Assembly (NCBI GenBank): GCA_964016885.1
Contig: OZ024741.1
Coordinates: 246,698,001 to 246,762,000 of the forward strand
Length of the DNA: 64,000 nucleotides
Origin: Eledone cirrhosa
Taxonomy: Eukaryota
Direction: 5' to 3'
The notes below the pieces were generated by a model. It was given only the letters and a program-made list of their open reading frames with translations. It did not search any database and was not told the DNA's origin. The number at the start of each line of letters is the position of its first letter. Within the stretch, counting starts at the first letter, position 1. Both the position numbers and the translations under genes were made by a program. Shown here piece by piece: positions 1-13,200 of the stretch.

Positions 1-47
1 ACCCCTGATTTTTGTTTACAAATTATCTCCGCCTGATTTTTTAAAAA

Positions 48-147
48 AAATTATCTCCCCTTGGACGGCTGGAAATTATCTCCCCTTGGACGGCTAGAAA
101 TTACCTCCTTGGACGGCTGAAAATTATCTCCCCTTGGACGGCTGGAA
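48..147 (+). repeat. Example A-monomer block (type R, 4 monomers; tails ACGGCTGG, ACGGCTAG, ACGGCTGA, ACGGCTGG)
   Basis: Preceded by the GATTTTTGTTTAC and CTCCGCCTGA-Tn-An B variants. Recurs at ~1155, 3875, 4980, 7640 and onward to ~62515. It occurs in TACCTCC (2-bp deletion) and TACCTCTCC versions. Confidence 0.9.
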
Positions 148-388
148 ATTATCTCCCCTTGATTTTTTTACAAATTATCTCCTCCTGATTTTTTTTTTAC
201 AAATTATCTCCCCCTGATTTTTTTTTACAAATTATCTACCCCTGATTTTTTTTTACAAATTATCTCCCCCTGATTTTTTTTACAAATTATCTCCCCTGAT
301 TTTTTTTTACATATTATCTCCCCCTGATTTTTTTACAAATTATCTCCCCCTGATTTTTTTTACAAATTATCTCCGCCTGATTTTTTTA

Positions 389-490
389 AATATTATCTCT
401 CCTTGGCTGGCGGGAAATTATCTCCCCTTGGACGGCTGGAAATTATCTCCCCTTGGAAGGATGGAAATTATCTCCCCTTGGACGGCTGGA
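389..490 (+). repeat. Example A-monomer block (type P, 4 monomers; CTGGCGGG, ACGGCTGG, AAGGATGG, ACGGCTGG/GA)
   Basis: Entered through TTTAAAT(A/G)TTATCTCTCC and left through TTATCTACCCCTGA. Often occurs as a pair about 180-206 bp apart (403/609, 4227/4433, 6765/6971). Confidence 0.9.
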
Positions 491-1777
491 AATTATCTAC
501 CCCTGATTTTTTTTACAAATTATCTCCCCCTGATTTTTTTACAAATTATCTCCCCCTGATTTTTTTTACAAATTATCTCCGCCTGATTTTTTTAAATGTT
601 ATCTCTCCTTGGCTGGCGGGAAATTATCTCCCCTTGGACGGCTGGAAATTATCTCCCCTTGGAAGGATGGAAATTATCTCCCCTTGGACGGCTGGAAATT
701 ATCTACCCCTGATTTTTTTTACAAATTATCTCCCCCTGATTTTTTTTACAAATTATCTCCCTCTGATTTTTTTTTACAAATTATCTACCCCTGATTTTTT
801 TACAAATTATCTCCCCTTGGCTGGCTGGAAATTATCTCCCCTTGGACGGCTAGAAATTACCTCTCCTTGGACGGCTGAAAATTATCTCCCCTTGGACGGC
901 TGGAAATTATCTCCCCTTGATTTTTTTACAAATTATCTCCCCCTGATTTTTTTTTTACAAATTATCTCCCCCTGATTTTTTTTTACAAATTATCTACCCC
1001 TGATTTTTTTTACAAATTATCTCCCCTTGATTTTTTTTACAAATTATCTCCCCCTGATTTTTTTTTACAAATTATCTCCCCCTGATTTTTTTTTACAAAT
1101 TATCTCCCCCTGATTTTTGTTTACAAATTATCTCCGCCTGATTTTTTAAAAAAAATTATCTCCCCTTGGACGGCTGGAAATTATCTCCCCTTGGACGGCT
1201 AGAAATTACCTCTCCTTGGACGGCTGAAAATTATCTCCCCTTGGACGGCTGGAAATTATCTCCCCTTGATTTTTTTACAAATTATCTCCCCCTGATTTTT
1301 TTTTTACAAATTATCTCCCCCTGATTTTTTTTTACAAATTATCTACCCCTGATTTTTTTTTACAAATTATCTCCCCCTGATTTTTTTTTACAAATTATCT
1401 CCCCCTGATTTTTTTTTACAAATTATCTCCCCCTGATTTTTTTACAAATTATCTCCCCCTGATTTTTTTTACAAATTATCTCCGCCTGATTTTTTTAAAT
1501 ATTATCTCTCCTTGGCTGGCGGGAAATTATCTCCCCTTGGACGGCTGGAAATTATCTCCCCTTGGAAGGATGGAAATTATCTCCCCTTGGACGGCTGAAA
1601 ATTATCTACCCCTGATTTTTTTTACAAATTATCTCCCCCTGATTTTTTTACAAATTATCTCCGCCTGATTTTTTTAAATGTTATCTCTCCTTGGCTGGCG
1701 GGAAATTATCTCCCCTTGGACGGCTGGAAATTATCTCCCCTTGGAAGGATGGAAATTATCTCCCCTTGGACGGCTGA

Positions 1778-2045
1778 AAATTATCTACCCCTGATTTTTT
1801 TTACAAATTATCTCCCCCTGATTTTTTTTACAAATTATCTCCCCCTGATTTTTTTTACAAATTATCTACCCCTGATTTTTTTTACAAATTATCTCCCCCT
1901 GATTTTTTTTACAAATTATCTCCCCCTGATTTTTTTTTACAAATTATCTCCCCCTGATTTTTTTTTTACAAATTATCTCCCCCTGATTTTTTTACAAATT
2001 ATCTCCCCCTGATTTTTTTTACAATCTCCGCCTGATTTTTTAAAA
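1778..2045 (+). repeat. Example long B-monomer run with a fixed T-tract length pattern, ending in a 4-bp-deleted monomer (ACAATCTCCGCC)
   Basis: The T-runs read 8,8,8,8,8,9,10,7,8, followed by ACAATCTCCG at 2021-2030. The identical 98-aa conceptual translation at 1716, 10154, 18980, 23860, 28501, 45794 and 51916 shows the same length pattern in each copy. Confidence 0.85.
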
Positions 2046-2210
2046 AATTATCTTCCCTTGGCTGGCGGGAAATTATCTCCCCTTGGACGGCTGGAAATTA
2101 TCTCCCCTTGGAAGGATGGAAATTATCTCCCCTTGGACGGCTGGAAATTATCTCCCCTTGCACGGCTGGAAATTATAGCCCCTTGGAGGGCTGGAAATTA
2201 TCTCCCCTTG
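2045..2210 (+). repeat. A-monomer block type T (6 monomers, with TTATCTTCCC, TTGCACGG and TTATAGCCCCTTGGAGGG variants); HOR landmark
   Basis: I counted 21 copies, at ~2058, 5827, 8514, 10496, 14653, 17340, 19322, 22220, 24202, 26861, 28843, 31501, 34796, 38358, 41577, 44154, 46136, 47754, 50385, 52258 and 55817. None occur after ~56 kb. Confidence 0.9.
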
Positions 2211-2669
2211 ATATTTTTTACAAATTATCTCCCCCTGATTTTTTTTTCAAATTATCTCCCCCTGATTTTTTTTACAAATTATCTCCCCCCTGATTTTTTT
2301 ACAAATTATCTCCCCTTGGCTGGCTGGAAATTATCTCCCCTTGGAGGCTGGAACTTATCTCCCCTTGGACGGCTAGAAATTACCTCTCCTTGGACGGCTG
2401 GAAAATATGTCTCCTTGGACGGCTGGATATTATCTCCCCTTGGACGGCTGGAAATTATCTCCCCTTGGATGGCTAGATATTACCTCCCCTTGGACGGCTG
2501 GAAATTATCTCCCCTTGATTATTTTTACAAATTATCTCCCCCTGATTTTTTTTTACAAATTATCTCCCCCTGATTTTTTTTTACAAATTATCTCCCCCTG
2601 ATTTTTTTTTAAAAATTATCTCCCCCTGATTTTTGTTTACAAATTATCTCCGCCTGATTTTTTTTTAAA

Positions 2670-2795
2670 AATTATCTCCCCTTGGACGGCTGGAAATTAT
2701 CTCCCCTTGGACGGCTGGAAATTATATCTCCTTGGACGGCTAGAATTTACCTCTCCTTGGACGGCTGAAAATTATCTCCCCTTGGACGGCTGGAA
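2670..2795 (+). repeat. A-monomer block type S (5 monomers, with TTATATCTCC and CTAGAATTTACC variants)
   Basis: Follows the T and Q blocks in most HOR copies (~6465, 9150, 11135, 15290 and others). The last copy seen is at ~56430-56550. Confidence 0.85.
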
Positions 2796-3508
2796 ATTAT
2801 CTCCCCTTGATTTTTTTTACAAATTATCTCCCCCTGATTTTTTTTTACAAATTATCTCCCCCTGATTTTTTTTTACAAATTATCTCCCCCTGATTTTTTT
2901 TTACAAATTATTTCCGCCTGATTTGTTTTACAAATTATCTCCGCCTGATTTTTTTAAATATTATCTCTCCTTGGCTGGCGGGAAATTATCTCCCCTTGGA
3001 CGGCTGGAAATTATCTCCCCTTGGAAGGATGGAAATTATCTCCCCTTGGACGGCTGGAAATTATCTACCCCTGATTTTTTTTACAAATTATCTCCCCCTG
3101 ATTTTTTTACAAATTATCTCCCCCTGATTTTTTTTACAAATTATCTCCGCCTGATTTTTTTAAATGTTATCTCTCCTTGGCTGGCGGGAAATTATCTCCC
3201 CTTGGACGGCTGGAAATTATCTCCCCTTGGAAGGATGGAAATCATCTCCCCTTGGACGGCTGAAAATTATCTACCCCTGATTTTTTTTACAAATTATCTC
3301 CCCCTGATTTTTTTTACAAATTATCTCCCCCTGATTTTTTTTACAAATTATCTACCCCTGATTTTTTCTACAAATTATCTCCCCCTGATTTTTTTTACAA
3401 ATTATCTCCCCCTGATTTTTTTTTTACAAATTATCTCCCCCTGATTTTTTTACAAATTATCTCCCACTGATTTTTTTTTTACAAATTATCTCCCCCTGAT
3501 TTTTTTAC

Positions 3509-3735
3509 AAATTATCTCCCCTTGGCTGGCTGGAAATTTTCTCCCCTTGGAGGCTGGAACTTATCTCCCCTTGGACGGCTAGAAATTACCTCTCCTTGGA
3601 CGGCTGGAAAATATGTCTCCTTGGACGGCTGGATATTATCTCCCCTTGGACGGCTGGAAATTATCTCCCCTTGGACGGCTGGAAATTATCTCCCCTTGGA
3701 TGGCTAGATATTACCTCCCCTTGGACGGCTGGAAA
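3509..3735 (+). repeat. A-monomer block type Q (9 monomers, with a 24-bp GGAGGCTGGAACTT unit, AAAATATGTCTCC, GGATATTATC and GGATGGCTAGATATTACC variants)
   Basis: The same order of variants is seen across the window (e.g. 3522, 7316, 12221, 25663, 39735, 58868, 62162). The first copy (~2305-2500) has only 8 monomers. Confidence 0.9.
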
Positions 3736-4226
3736 TTATCTCCCCTTGATTTTTTTTACAAATTATCTCCCCCTGATTTTTTTTTACAAATTATCTCCCC
3801 CTGATTTTTTTTTACAAATTATCTCCCCCTGATTTTTGTTTACAAATTATCTCCGCCTGATTTTTTAAAAAAAATTATCTCCCCTTGGACGGCTGGAAAT
3901 TATCTCCCCTTGGACGGCTAGAAATTACCTCCTTGGACGGCTGAAAATTATCTCCCCTTGGACGGCTGGAAATTATCTCCCCTTGATTTTTTTACAAATT
4001 ATCTCCCCCTGATTTTTTTTTTACAAATTATCTCCCCCTGATTTTTTTTTACAAATTATCTACCCCTGATTTTTTTTTACAAATTATCTCCCCCTGATTT
4101 TTTTTACAAATTATCTCCCCTGATTTTTTTTTACAAATTATCTCCCCCTGATTTTTTTACAAATTATCTCCCCCTGATTTTTTTTACAAATTATCTCCGC
4201 CTGATTTTTTTAAATATTATCTCTCC

Positions 4227-7200
4227 TTGGCTGGCGGGAAATTATCTCCCCTTGGACGGCTGGAAATTATCTCCCCTTGGAAGGATGGAAATTATCTCCC
4301 CTTGGACGGCTGGAAATTATCTACCCCTGATTTTTTTTACAAATTATCTCCCCCTGATTTTTTTACAAATTATCTCCCCCTGATTTTTTTTACAAATTAT
4401 CTCCGCCTGATTTTTTTAAATGTTATCTCTCCTTGGCTGGCGGGAAATTATCTCCCCTTGGACGGCTGGAAATTATCTCCCCTTGGAAGGATGGAAATTA
4501 TTTCCCCTTGGACGGCTGGAAATTATCTACCCCTGATTTTTTTTACAAATTATCTCCCCCTGATTTTTTTTACAAATTATCTCCCCCTGATTTTTTTTTA
4601 CAAATTATCTACCCCTGATTTTTTTACAAATTATCTCCCCTTGGCTGGCTGGAAATTATCTCCCCTTGGACGGCTAGAAATTACCTGTCCTTGGACGGCT
4701 GAAAATTATCTCCCCTTGGACGGCTGGAAATTATCTCCCCTTGATTTTTTTACAAATTATCTCCCCCTGATTTTTTTTTACAAATTATCTCCCCCTGATT
4801 TTTTTTTACAAATTATCTACCCCTGATTTTTTTTTACAAATTATCTCCCCTTGATTTTTTTTACAAATTATCTCCCCCTGATTTTTTTTTACAAATTATC
4901 TCCCCCTGATTTTTTTTTACAAATTATCTCCCCCTGATTTTTGTTTACAAATTATCTCCGCCTGATTTTTTTAAAAAAATTATCTCCCCTTGGACGGCTG
5001 GAAATTATCTCCCCTTGGACGGCTAGAAATTACCTCTCCTTGGACGGCTGAAAATTATCTCCCCTTGGACGGCTGGAAATTATCTCCCTTTGATTTTTTT
5101 ACAAATTATCTCCCCCTGATTTTTTTTTTACAAATTATCTCCCCCTGATTTTTTTTTACAAATTATCTACCCCTGATTTTTTTTACAAATTATCTCCCCC
5201 TGATTTTTTTTACGAATTATCTCCCCCTGATTTTTTTTTACAAATTATCTCCCCCTGATTTTTTTAAATGTTATCTCTCCTTGGCTGGCGGGAAATTATC
5301 TCCCCTTGGACGGCTGGAAATTATCTTCCCTTGGAAGGATGGAAATTATCTCCCCTTGGACGGCTGAAAATTATCTACCCCTGATTTTTTTTACAAATTA
5401 TCTCCCCCTGATTTTTTTACAAATTATCTCCGCCTGATTTTTTTAAATGTTATCTCTCCTTGGCTGGCGGGAAATTATCTCCCCTTGGACAGCTGGAAAT
5501 TATCTCCCCTTGGAAGGATGGAAATTATCTCCCCTTGGACGGCTGAAAATTATCTACCCCTGATTTTTTTTACAAATTATCTCCCCCTGATTTTTTTTAC
5601 AAATTATCTCCCCCTGATTTTTTTTACAAATTATCTACCCCTGATTTTTTTTACAAATTATCTCCCCCTGATTTTTTTTACAAATTATCTCCCCCTGATT
5701 TTTTTTTACAAATTATCTCCCCCTGATTTTTTTTTTACAAATTATCTCCCCCTGATTTTTTTACAAATTATCTCCCCCTGATTTTTTTTACAATCTCCGC
5801 CTGATTTTTTAAAAAATTATCTTCCCTTGGCTGGCGGGAAATTATCTCCCCTTGGACGGCTGGAAATTATCTCCTCTTGGAAGGATGGAAATTATCTCCC
5901 CTTCGACGGCTGGAAATTATCTCCCCTTGCACGGCTGGAAATTATAGCCCCTTGGAGGGCTGGAAATTATCTCCCCTTGATATTTTTTACAAATTATCTC
6001 CCCCTGATTTTTTTTTCAAATTATCTCCCCCTGATTTTTTTTACAAATTATCTCCCCCCTGATTTTTTTACAAATTATCTCCCCTTGGCTGGCTGGAAAT
6101 TATCTCCCCTTGGAGGCTGGAACTTATCTCCCCTTGGACGGCTAGAAATTACCTCTCCTTGGACGGCTGGAAAATATGACTCCTTGGACGGCTGGATATT
6201 ATCTCCCCTTGGACTGCTGGAAATTATCTCCCCTTGGACGGCTGGAAATTATCTCCCCTTGGATGGCTAGATATTACCTCCCCTTGGACGGCTGGAAATT
6301 ATCTCCCCTTGATTATTTTTACAAATTATCTCCCCCTGATTTTTTTTTACAAATTATCTCCCCTTGATTTTTTTTTACAAATTATCTCCCCCTGATTTTT
6401 TTTTAAAAATTATCTCCCCCTGATTTTTGTTTACAAATTATCTCCGCCTGATTTTTTTTTAAAAATTATCTCCCCTTGGACGGCTGGAAATTATCTCCCC
6501 TTGGACGGCTGGAAATTATATCTCCTTGGACGGCTAGAATTTACCTCTCCTTGGACGGCTGAAAATTATCTCCCCTTGGACGGCTGGAAATTATCTCCCC
6601 TTGATTTTTTTTACAAATTATCTCCCCCTGATTTTTTTTTACAAATTATCTCCCCCTGATTTTTTTTTACAAATTATCTCCCCCTGATTTTTTTTTACAA
6701 ATTATTTCCGCCTGATTTTTTTTACAAATTATCTCCGCCTGATTTTTTTAAATATTATCTCTCCTTGGCTGGCGGGAAATTATCTCCCCTTGGACGGCTG
6801 GAAATTATCTCCCCTTGGAAGGATGGAAATTATCTCCCCTTGGACGGCTGGAAATTATCTACCCCTGATTTTTTTTACAAATTATCTCCCCCTGATTTTT
6901 TTACAAATTATCTCCCCCTGATTTTTTTTACAAATTATCTCCGCCTGATTTTTTTAAATGTTATCTCTCCTTGGCTGGCGGGAAATTATCTCCCCTTGGA
7001 CGGCTGGAAATTATCTCCCCTTGGAAGGATGGAAATCATCTCCCCTTGGACGGCAGAAAATTATCTACCCCTGATTTTTTTTACAAATTATCTCCCCCTG
7101 ATTTTTTTTACAAATTATCTCCCCCTGATTTTTTTTACAAATTATCTACCCCTGATTTTTTCTACAAATTATCTCCCCCTGATTTTTTTTACAAATTATC

Positions 7201-10200
7201 TCCCCCTGATTTTTTTTTTACAAATTATCTCCCCCTGATTTTTTTACAAATTATCTCCCACTGATTTTTTTTTTACAAATTATCTCCCCCTGATTTTTTT
7301 ACAAATTATCTCCCCTTGGCTGGCTGGAAATTTTCTCCCCTTGGAGGCTGGAACTTATCTCCCCTTGGACGGCTAGAAATTACCTCTCCTTGGACGGCTG
7401 GAAAATATGTCTCCTTGGACGGCTGGATATTATCTCCCCTTGGACGGCTGGAAATTATCTCCCCTTGGACGGCTGGAAATTATCTCCCCTTGGATGGCTA
7501 GATATTACCTCCCCTTGGACGGCTGGAAATTATCTCCCCTTGATTTTTTTTACAAATTATCTCCCCCTGATTTTTTTTTACAAATTATCTCCCCCTGATT
7601 TTTGTTTACAAATTATCTCCGCCTGATTTTTTAAAAAAAATTATCTCCCCTTGGACGGCTGGAAATTATCTCCCCTTGGACGGCTAGAAATTACCTCCTT
7701 GGACGGCTGAAAATTATCTCCCCTTGGACGGCTGGAAATTATCTCCCCTTGATTTTTTTACAAATTATCTCCCCCTGATTTTTTTTTACAAATTATCTCC
7801 CCCTGATTTTTTTTTACAAATTATCTCCCCCTGATTTTTTTTTACAAATTATCTACCCCTGATTTTTTTTTACAAATTATCTCCCCCTGATTTTTTTTAC
7901 GAATTATCTCCCCCTGATTTTTTTTTACAAATTATCTCCCCCTGATTTTTTTAAATGTTATCTCTCCTTGGCTGGCGGAAAATTATCTCCCCTTGGACGG
8001 CTGGAAATTATCTCCCCTTGGAAGGATGGAAATTATCTCCCCTTGGACGGCTGAAAATTATCTACCCCTGATTTTTTTTACAAATTATCTCCCCCTGATT
8101 TTTTTACAAATTATCTCCGCCTGATTTTTTTAAATGTTATCTCTCCTTGGCTGGCGGGAAATTATCTCCCCTTGGACGGCTGGAAATTATCTCCCCTTGG
8201 AAGGATGGAAATTATCTCCCCTTGGACGGCTGAAAATTATCTACCCCTAACTTTTTTTACAAATTATCTCCCCCTAATTTTTTTTACAAATTATCTCCCC
8301 CTGATTTTTTTTACAAATTATCTACCCCTGATTTTTTTTACAAATTATCTCCCCCTGATTTTTTTTACAAATTATCTCCCCCTGATTTTTTTTTACAAAT
8401 TATCTCCCCCTGATTTTTTTTTTACAAATTATCTCCCCCTGATTTTTTTACAAATTATCTCCCCCTGATTTTTTTTACAATCTCCGCCTGATTTTTTAAA
8501 AAATTATCTTCCCTTGGCTGGCGGGAAATTATCTCCCCTTGGACGGCTGGAAATTATCTCCTCTTGGAAGGATGGAAATTATCTCCCCTTGGACGGCTGG
8601 AAATTATCTCCCCTTGCACGGCTGGAAATTATAGCCCCTTGGAGGGCTGGAAATTATCTCCCCTTGATATTTTTTACAAATTATCTCCCCCTGATTTTTT
8701 TTTCAAATTATCTCCCCCTGATTTTTTTTACAAATTATCTCCCCCCTGATTTTTTTACAAATTATCTCCCCTTGGCTGGCTGGAAATTATCTCCCCTTGG
8801 AGGCTGGAACTTATCTCCCCTTGGACGGCTAGAAATTACCTCTCCTTGGACGGCTGGAAAATATGTCTCCTTGGACGGCTGGATATTATCTCCCCTTGGA
8901 CGGCTGGAAATTATCTCCCCTTGGACGGCTGGAAATTATCTCCCCTTGGATGGCTAGATATTACCTCCCCTTGGACGGCTGGAAATTATCTCCCCTTGAT
9001 TATTTTTACAAATTATCTCCCCCTGATTTTTTTTTACAAATTATCTCCCCCTGATTTTTTTTTACAAATTATCTCCCCCTGATTTTTTTTTAAAAATTAT
9101 CTCCCCCTGATTTTTGTTTACAAATTATCTCCGCCTGATTTTTTTTTAAAAATTATCTCCCCTTGGACGGCTGGAAATTATCTCCCCTTGGACGGCTGGA
9201 AATTATATCTCCTTGGACGGCTAGAATTTACCTCTCCTTGGACGGCTGAAAATTATCTCCCCTTGGACGGCTGGAAATTATCTCCCCTTGATTTTTTTTA
9301 CAAATTATCTCCCCCTGATTTTTTTTTACAAATTATCTCCCCCTGATTTTTTTTTACAAATTATCTCCCCCTGATTTTTTTTTACAAATTATTTCCGCCT
9401 GATTTTTTTTACAAATTATCTCCGCCTGATTTTTTTAAATATTATCTCTCCTTGGCTGGCGGGAAATTATCTCCCCTTGGACGGCTGGAAATTATCTCCC
9501 CTTGGAAGGATGGAAATTATCTCCCCTTGGACGGCTGGAAATTATCTACCCCTGATTTTTTTTACAAATTATCTCCCCCTGATTTTTTTACAAATTATAT
9601 CCCCCTGATTTTTTTTACAAATTATCTCCGCCTGATTTTTTTAAATGTTATCTCTCCTTGGCTGGCGGGAAATTATCTCCCCTTGGACGGCTAGAAATTA
9701 CCTCTCCTTGGACGGCTGAAAATTATCTCCCCTTGGACGGCTGGAAATTATCTCCCCTTGATTTTTTTACAAATTATCTCCCCCTGATTTTTTTTTTACA
9801 AATTATCTCCCCCTGATTTTTTTTTACAAATTATCTACCCCTGATTTTTTTTTACAAATTATCTCCCCCTGATTTTTTTTACGAATTATCTCCCCTTGAT
9901 TTTTTTTTACAAATTATCTCCCCCTGATTTTTTTAAATGTTATCTCTCCTTGGCTGGCGGGAAATTATCTCCCCTTGGACGGCTGGAAATTATCTCCCCT
10001 TGGAAGGATGGAAATTATCTCCCCTTGGACGGCTGAAAATTATCTACCCCTGATTTTTTTTACAAATTATCTCCCCCTGATTTTTTTACAAATTATCTCC
10101 GCCTGATTTTTTTAAATGTTATCTCTCCTTGGCTGGCGGGAAATTATCTCCCCTTGGACGGCTGGAAATTATCTCCCCTTGGAAGGATGGAAATTATCTC

Positions 10201-13200
10201 CCCTTGGACGGCTGAAAATTATCTACCCCTGATTTTTTTTACAAATTATCTCCCCCTGATTTTTTTTACAAATTATCTCCCCCTGATTTTTTTTACAAAT
10301 TATCTACCCCTGATTTTTTTTACAAATTATCTCCCCCTGATTTTTTTTACAAATTATCTCCCCCTGATTTTTTTTTACAAATTATCTCCCCCTGATTTTT
10401 TTTTTACAAATTATCTCCCCCTGATTTTTTTACAAATTATCTCCCCCTGATTTTTTTTACAATCTCCGCCTGATTTTTTAAAAAATTATCTTCCCTTGGC
10501 TGGCGGGAAATTATCTCCCCTTGGACGGCTGGAAATTATCTCCTCTTGGAAGGATGGAAATTATCTCCCCTTGGACGGCTGGAAATTATCTCCCCTTGCA
10601 CGGCTGGAAATTATAGCCCCTTGGAGGGCTGGAAATTATCTCCCCTTGATATTTTTTACAAATTATCTCCCCCTGATTTTTTTTTCAAATTATCTCCCCC
10701 TGATTTTTTTTACAAATTATCTCCCCCCTGATTTTTTTACAAATTATCTCCCCTTGGCTGGCTGGAAATTATCTCCCCTTGGAGGCTGGAACTTATCTCC
10801 CCTTGGACGGCTAGAAATTACCTCTCCTTGGACGGCTGGAAAATATGTCTCCTTGGACGGCTGGATATTATCTCCCCTTGGACGGCTGGAAATTATCTCC
10901 CCTTGGACGGCTGGAAATTATCTCCCCTTGGATGGCTAGATATTACCTCCCCTTGGACGGCTGGAAATTATCTCCCCTTGATTATTTTTACAAATTATCT
11001 CCCCCTGATTTTTTTTTACAAATTATCTCCCCCTGATTTTTTTTTACAAATTATCTCCCCCTGATTTTTTTTTTAAAATTATCTCCCCCTGATTTTTGTT
11101 TACAAATTATCTCCGCCTGATTTTTTTTTAAAAATTATCTCCCCTTGGACGGCTGGAAATTATCTCCCCTTGGACGGCTGGAAATTATATCTCCTTGGAC
11201 GGCTAGAATTTACCTCTCCTTGGACGGCTGAAAATTATCTCCCCTTGGACGGCTGGAAATTATCTCCCCTTGATTTTTTTTACAAATTATCTCCCCCTGA
11301 TTTTTTTTTAAAAATTATCTCCCCCTGATTTTTGTTTACAAATTATCTCCGCCTGATTTTTTTTTTAAAATTATCTCCCCTTGGACGGCTGGAAATTATC
11401 TCCCCTTGGACGGCTGGAAATTATATCTCCTTGGACGGCTAGAATTTACCTCTCCTTGGACGGCTGAAAATTATCTCCCCTTGGACGGCTGGAAATTATC
11501 TCCCCTTGATTTTTTTTACAAATTATCTCCCCCTGATTTTTTTTTACAAATTATCTCCCCCTGATTTTTTTTTACAAATTATCTCCCCCTGATTTTTTTT
11601 TACAAATTATTTCCGCCTGATTTTTTTTACAAATTATCTCCGCCTGATTTTTTTAAATATTATCTCTCCTTGGCTGGCGGGAAATTATCTCCCCTTGGAC
11701 GGCTGGAAATTATCTCCCCTTGGAAGGATGGAAATTATCTCCCCTTGGACGGCTGGAAATTATCTACCCCTGATTTTTTTTACAAATTATCTCCCCCTGA
11801 TTTTTTTACAAATTATCTCCCCCTGATTTTTTTTACAAATTATCTCCGCCTGATTTTTTTAAATGTTATCTCTCCTTGGCTGGCGGGAAATTATCTCCCC
11901 TTGGACGGCTGGAAATTATCTCCCCTTGGAAGGATGGAAATCATCTCCCCTTGGACGGCTGAAAATTATCTACCCCTGATTTTTTTTACAAATTATCTCC
12001 CCCTGATTTTTTTTACAAATTATCTCCCCCTGATTTTTTTTACAAATTATCTACCCCTGATTTTTTCTACAAATTATCTCCCCCTGATTTTTTTTACAAA
12101 TTATCTCCCCCTGATTTTTTTTTTACAAATTATCTCCCCCTGATTTTTTTACAAATTATCTCCCACTGATTTTTTTTTTACAAATTATCTCCCCCTGATT
12201 TTTTTACAAATTATCTCCCCTTGGCTGGCTGGAAATTTTCTCCCCTTGGAGGCTGGAACTTATCTCCCCTTGGACGGCTAGAAATTACCTCTCCTTGGAC
12301 GGCTGGAAAATATGTCTCCTTGGACGGCTGGATATTATCTCCCCTTGGACGGCTGGAAATTATCTCCCCTTGGACGGCTGGAAATTATCTCCCCTTGGAT
12401 GGCTAGATATTACCTCCCCTTGGACGGCTGGAAATTATCTCCCCTTGATTTTTTTTACAAATTATCTCCCCCTGATTTTTTTTTACAAATTATCTCCCCC
12501 TGATTTTTGTTTACAAATTATCTCCGCCTGATTTTTTAAAAAAAATTATCTCCCCTTGGACGGCTGGAAATTATCTCCCCTTGGACGGCTAGAAATTACC
12601 TCCTTGGACGGCTGAAAATTATCTCCCCTTGGACGGCTGGAAATTATCTCCCCTTGATTTTTTTACAAATTATCTCCCCCTGATTTTTTTTTACAAATTA
12701 TCTCCCCCTGATTTTTTTTTACAAATTATCTCCCCCTGATTTTTTTTTACAAATTATCTACCCCTGATTTTTTTTTACAAATTATCTCCCCCTGATTTTT
12801 TTTACGAATTATCTCCCCCTGATTTTTTTTTACAAATTATCTCCCCCTGATTTTTTTAAATGTTATCTCTCCTTGGCTGGCGGGAAATTATCTCCCCTTG
12901 GACGGCTGGAAATTATCTCCCCTTGGAAGGATGGAAATTATCTCCCCTTGGACGGCTGAAAATTATCTACCCCTGATTTTTTTTACAAATTATCTCCCCC
13001 TGATTTTTTTACAAATTATCTCCGCCTGATTTTTTTAAATGTTATCTCTCCTTGGCTGGCGGGAAATTATCTCCCCTTGGACGGCTGGAAATTATCTCCC
13101 CTTGGAAGGATGGAAATTATCTCCCCTTGGACGGCTGGAAATTATCTACCCCTGATTTTTTTTACAAATTATCTCCCCCTGATTTTTTTACAAATTATCT

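Noticed and set aside
35-55. Hairpins or palindromes (Tn-An junctions, CCTTGGAAGG, CCTTGG)
   Set aside because: The stems are short or AT-only, with no covariation. CCTTGG is useful only as a StyI (CCWWGG) site that cuts A but not B units.
48-100. Archaeal ORB-like motif on the minus strand (TTCCAG-N6-AAGGGG)
   Set aside because: It lacks the GGAAA half of the ORB inverted repeat and there is no orc1/cdc6 gene. The resemblance is short enough to be chance.
148-390. Intrinsic or Pol III terminators at the T7-10 tracts
   Set aside because: There is no GC hairpin before the tracts and no transcription unit. The tracts are simply part of monomer B.
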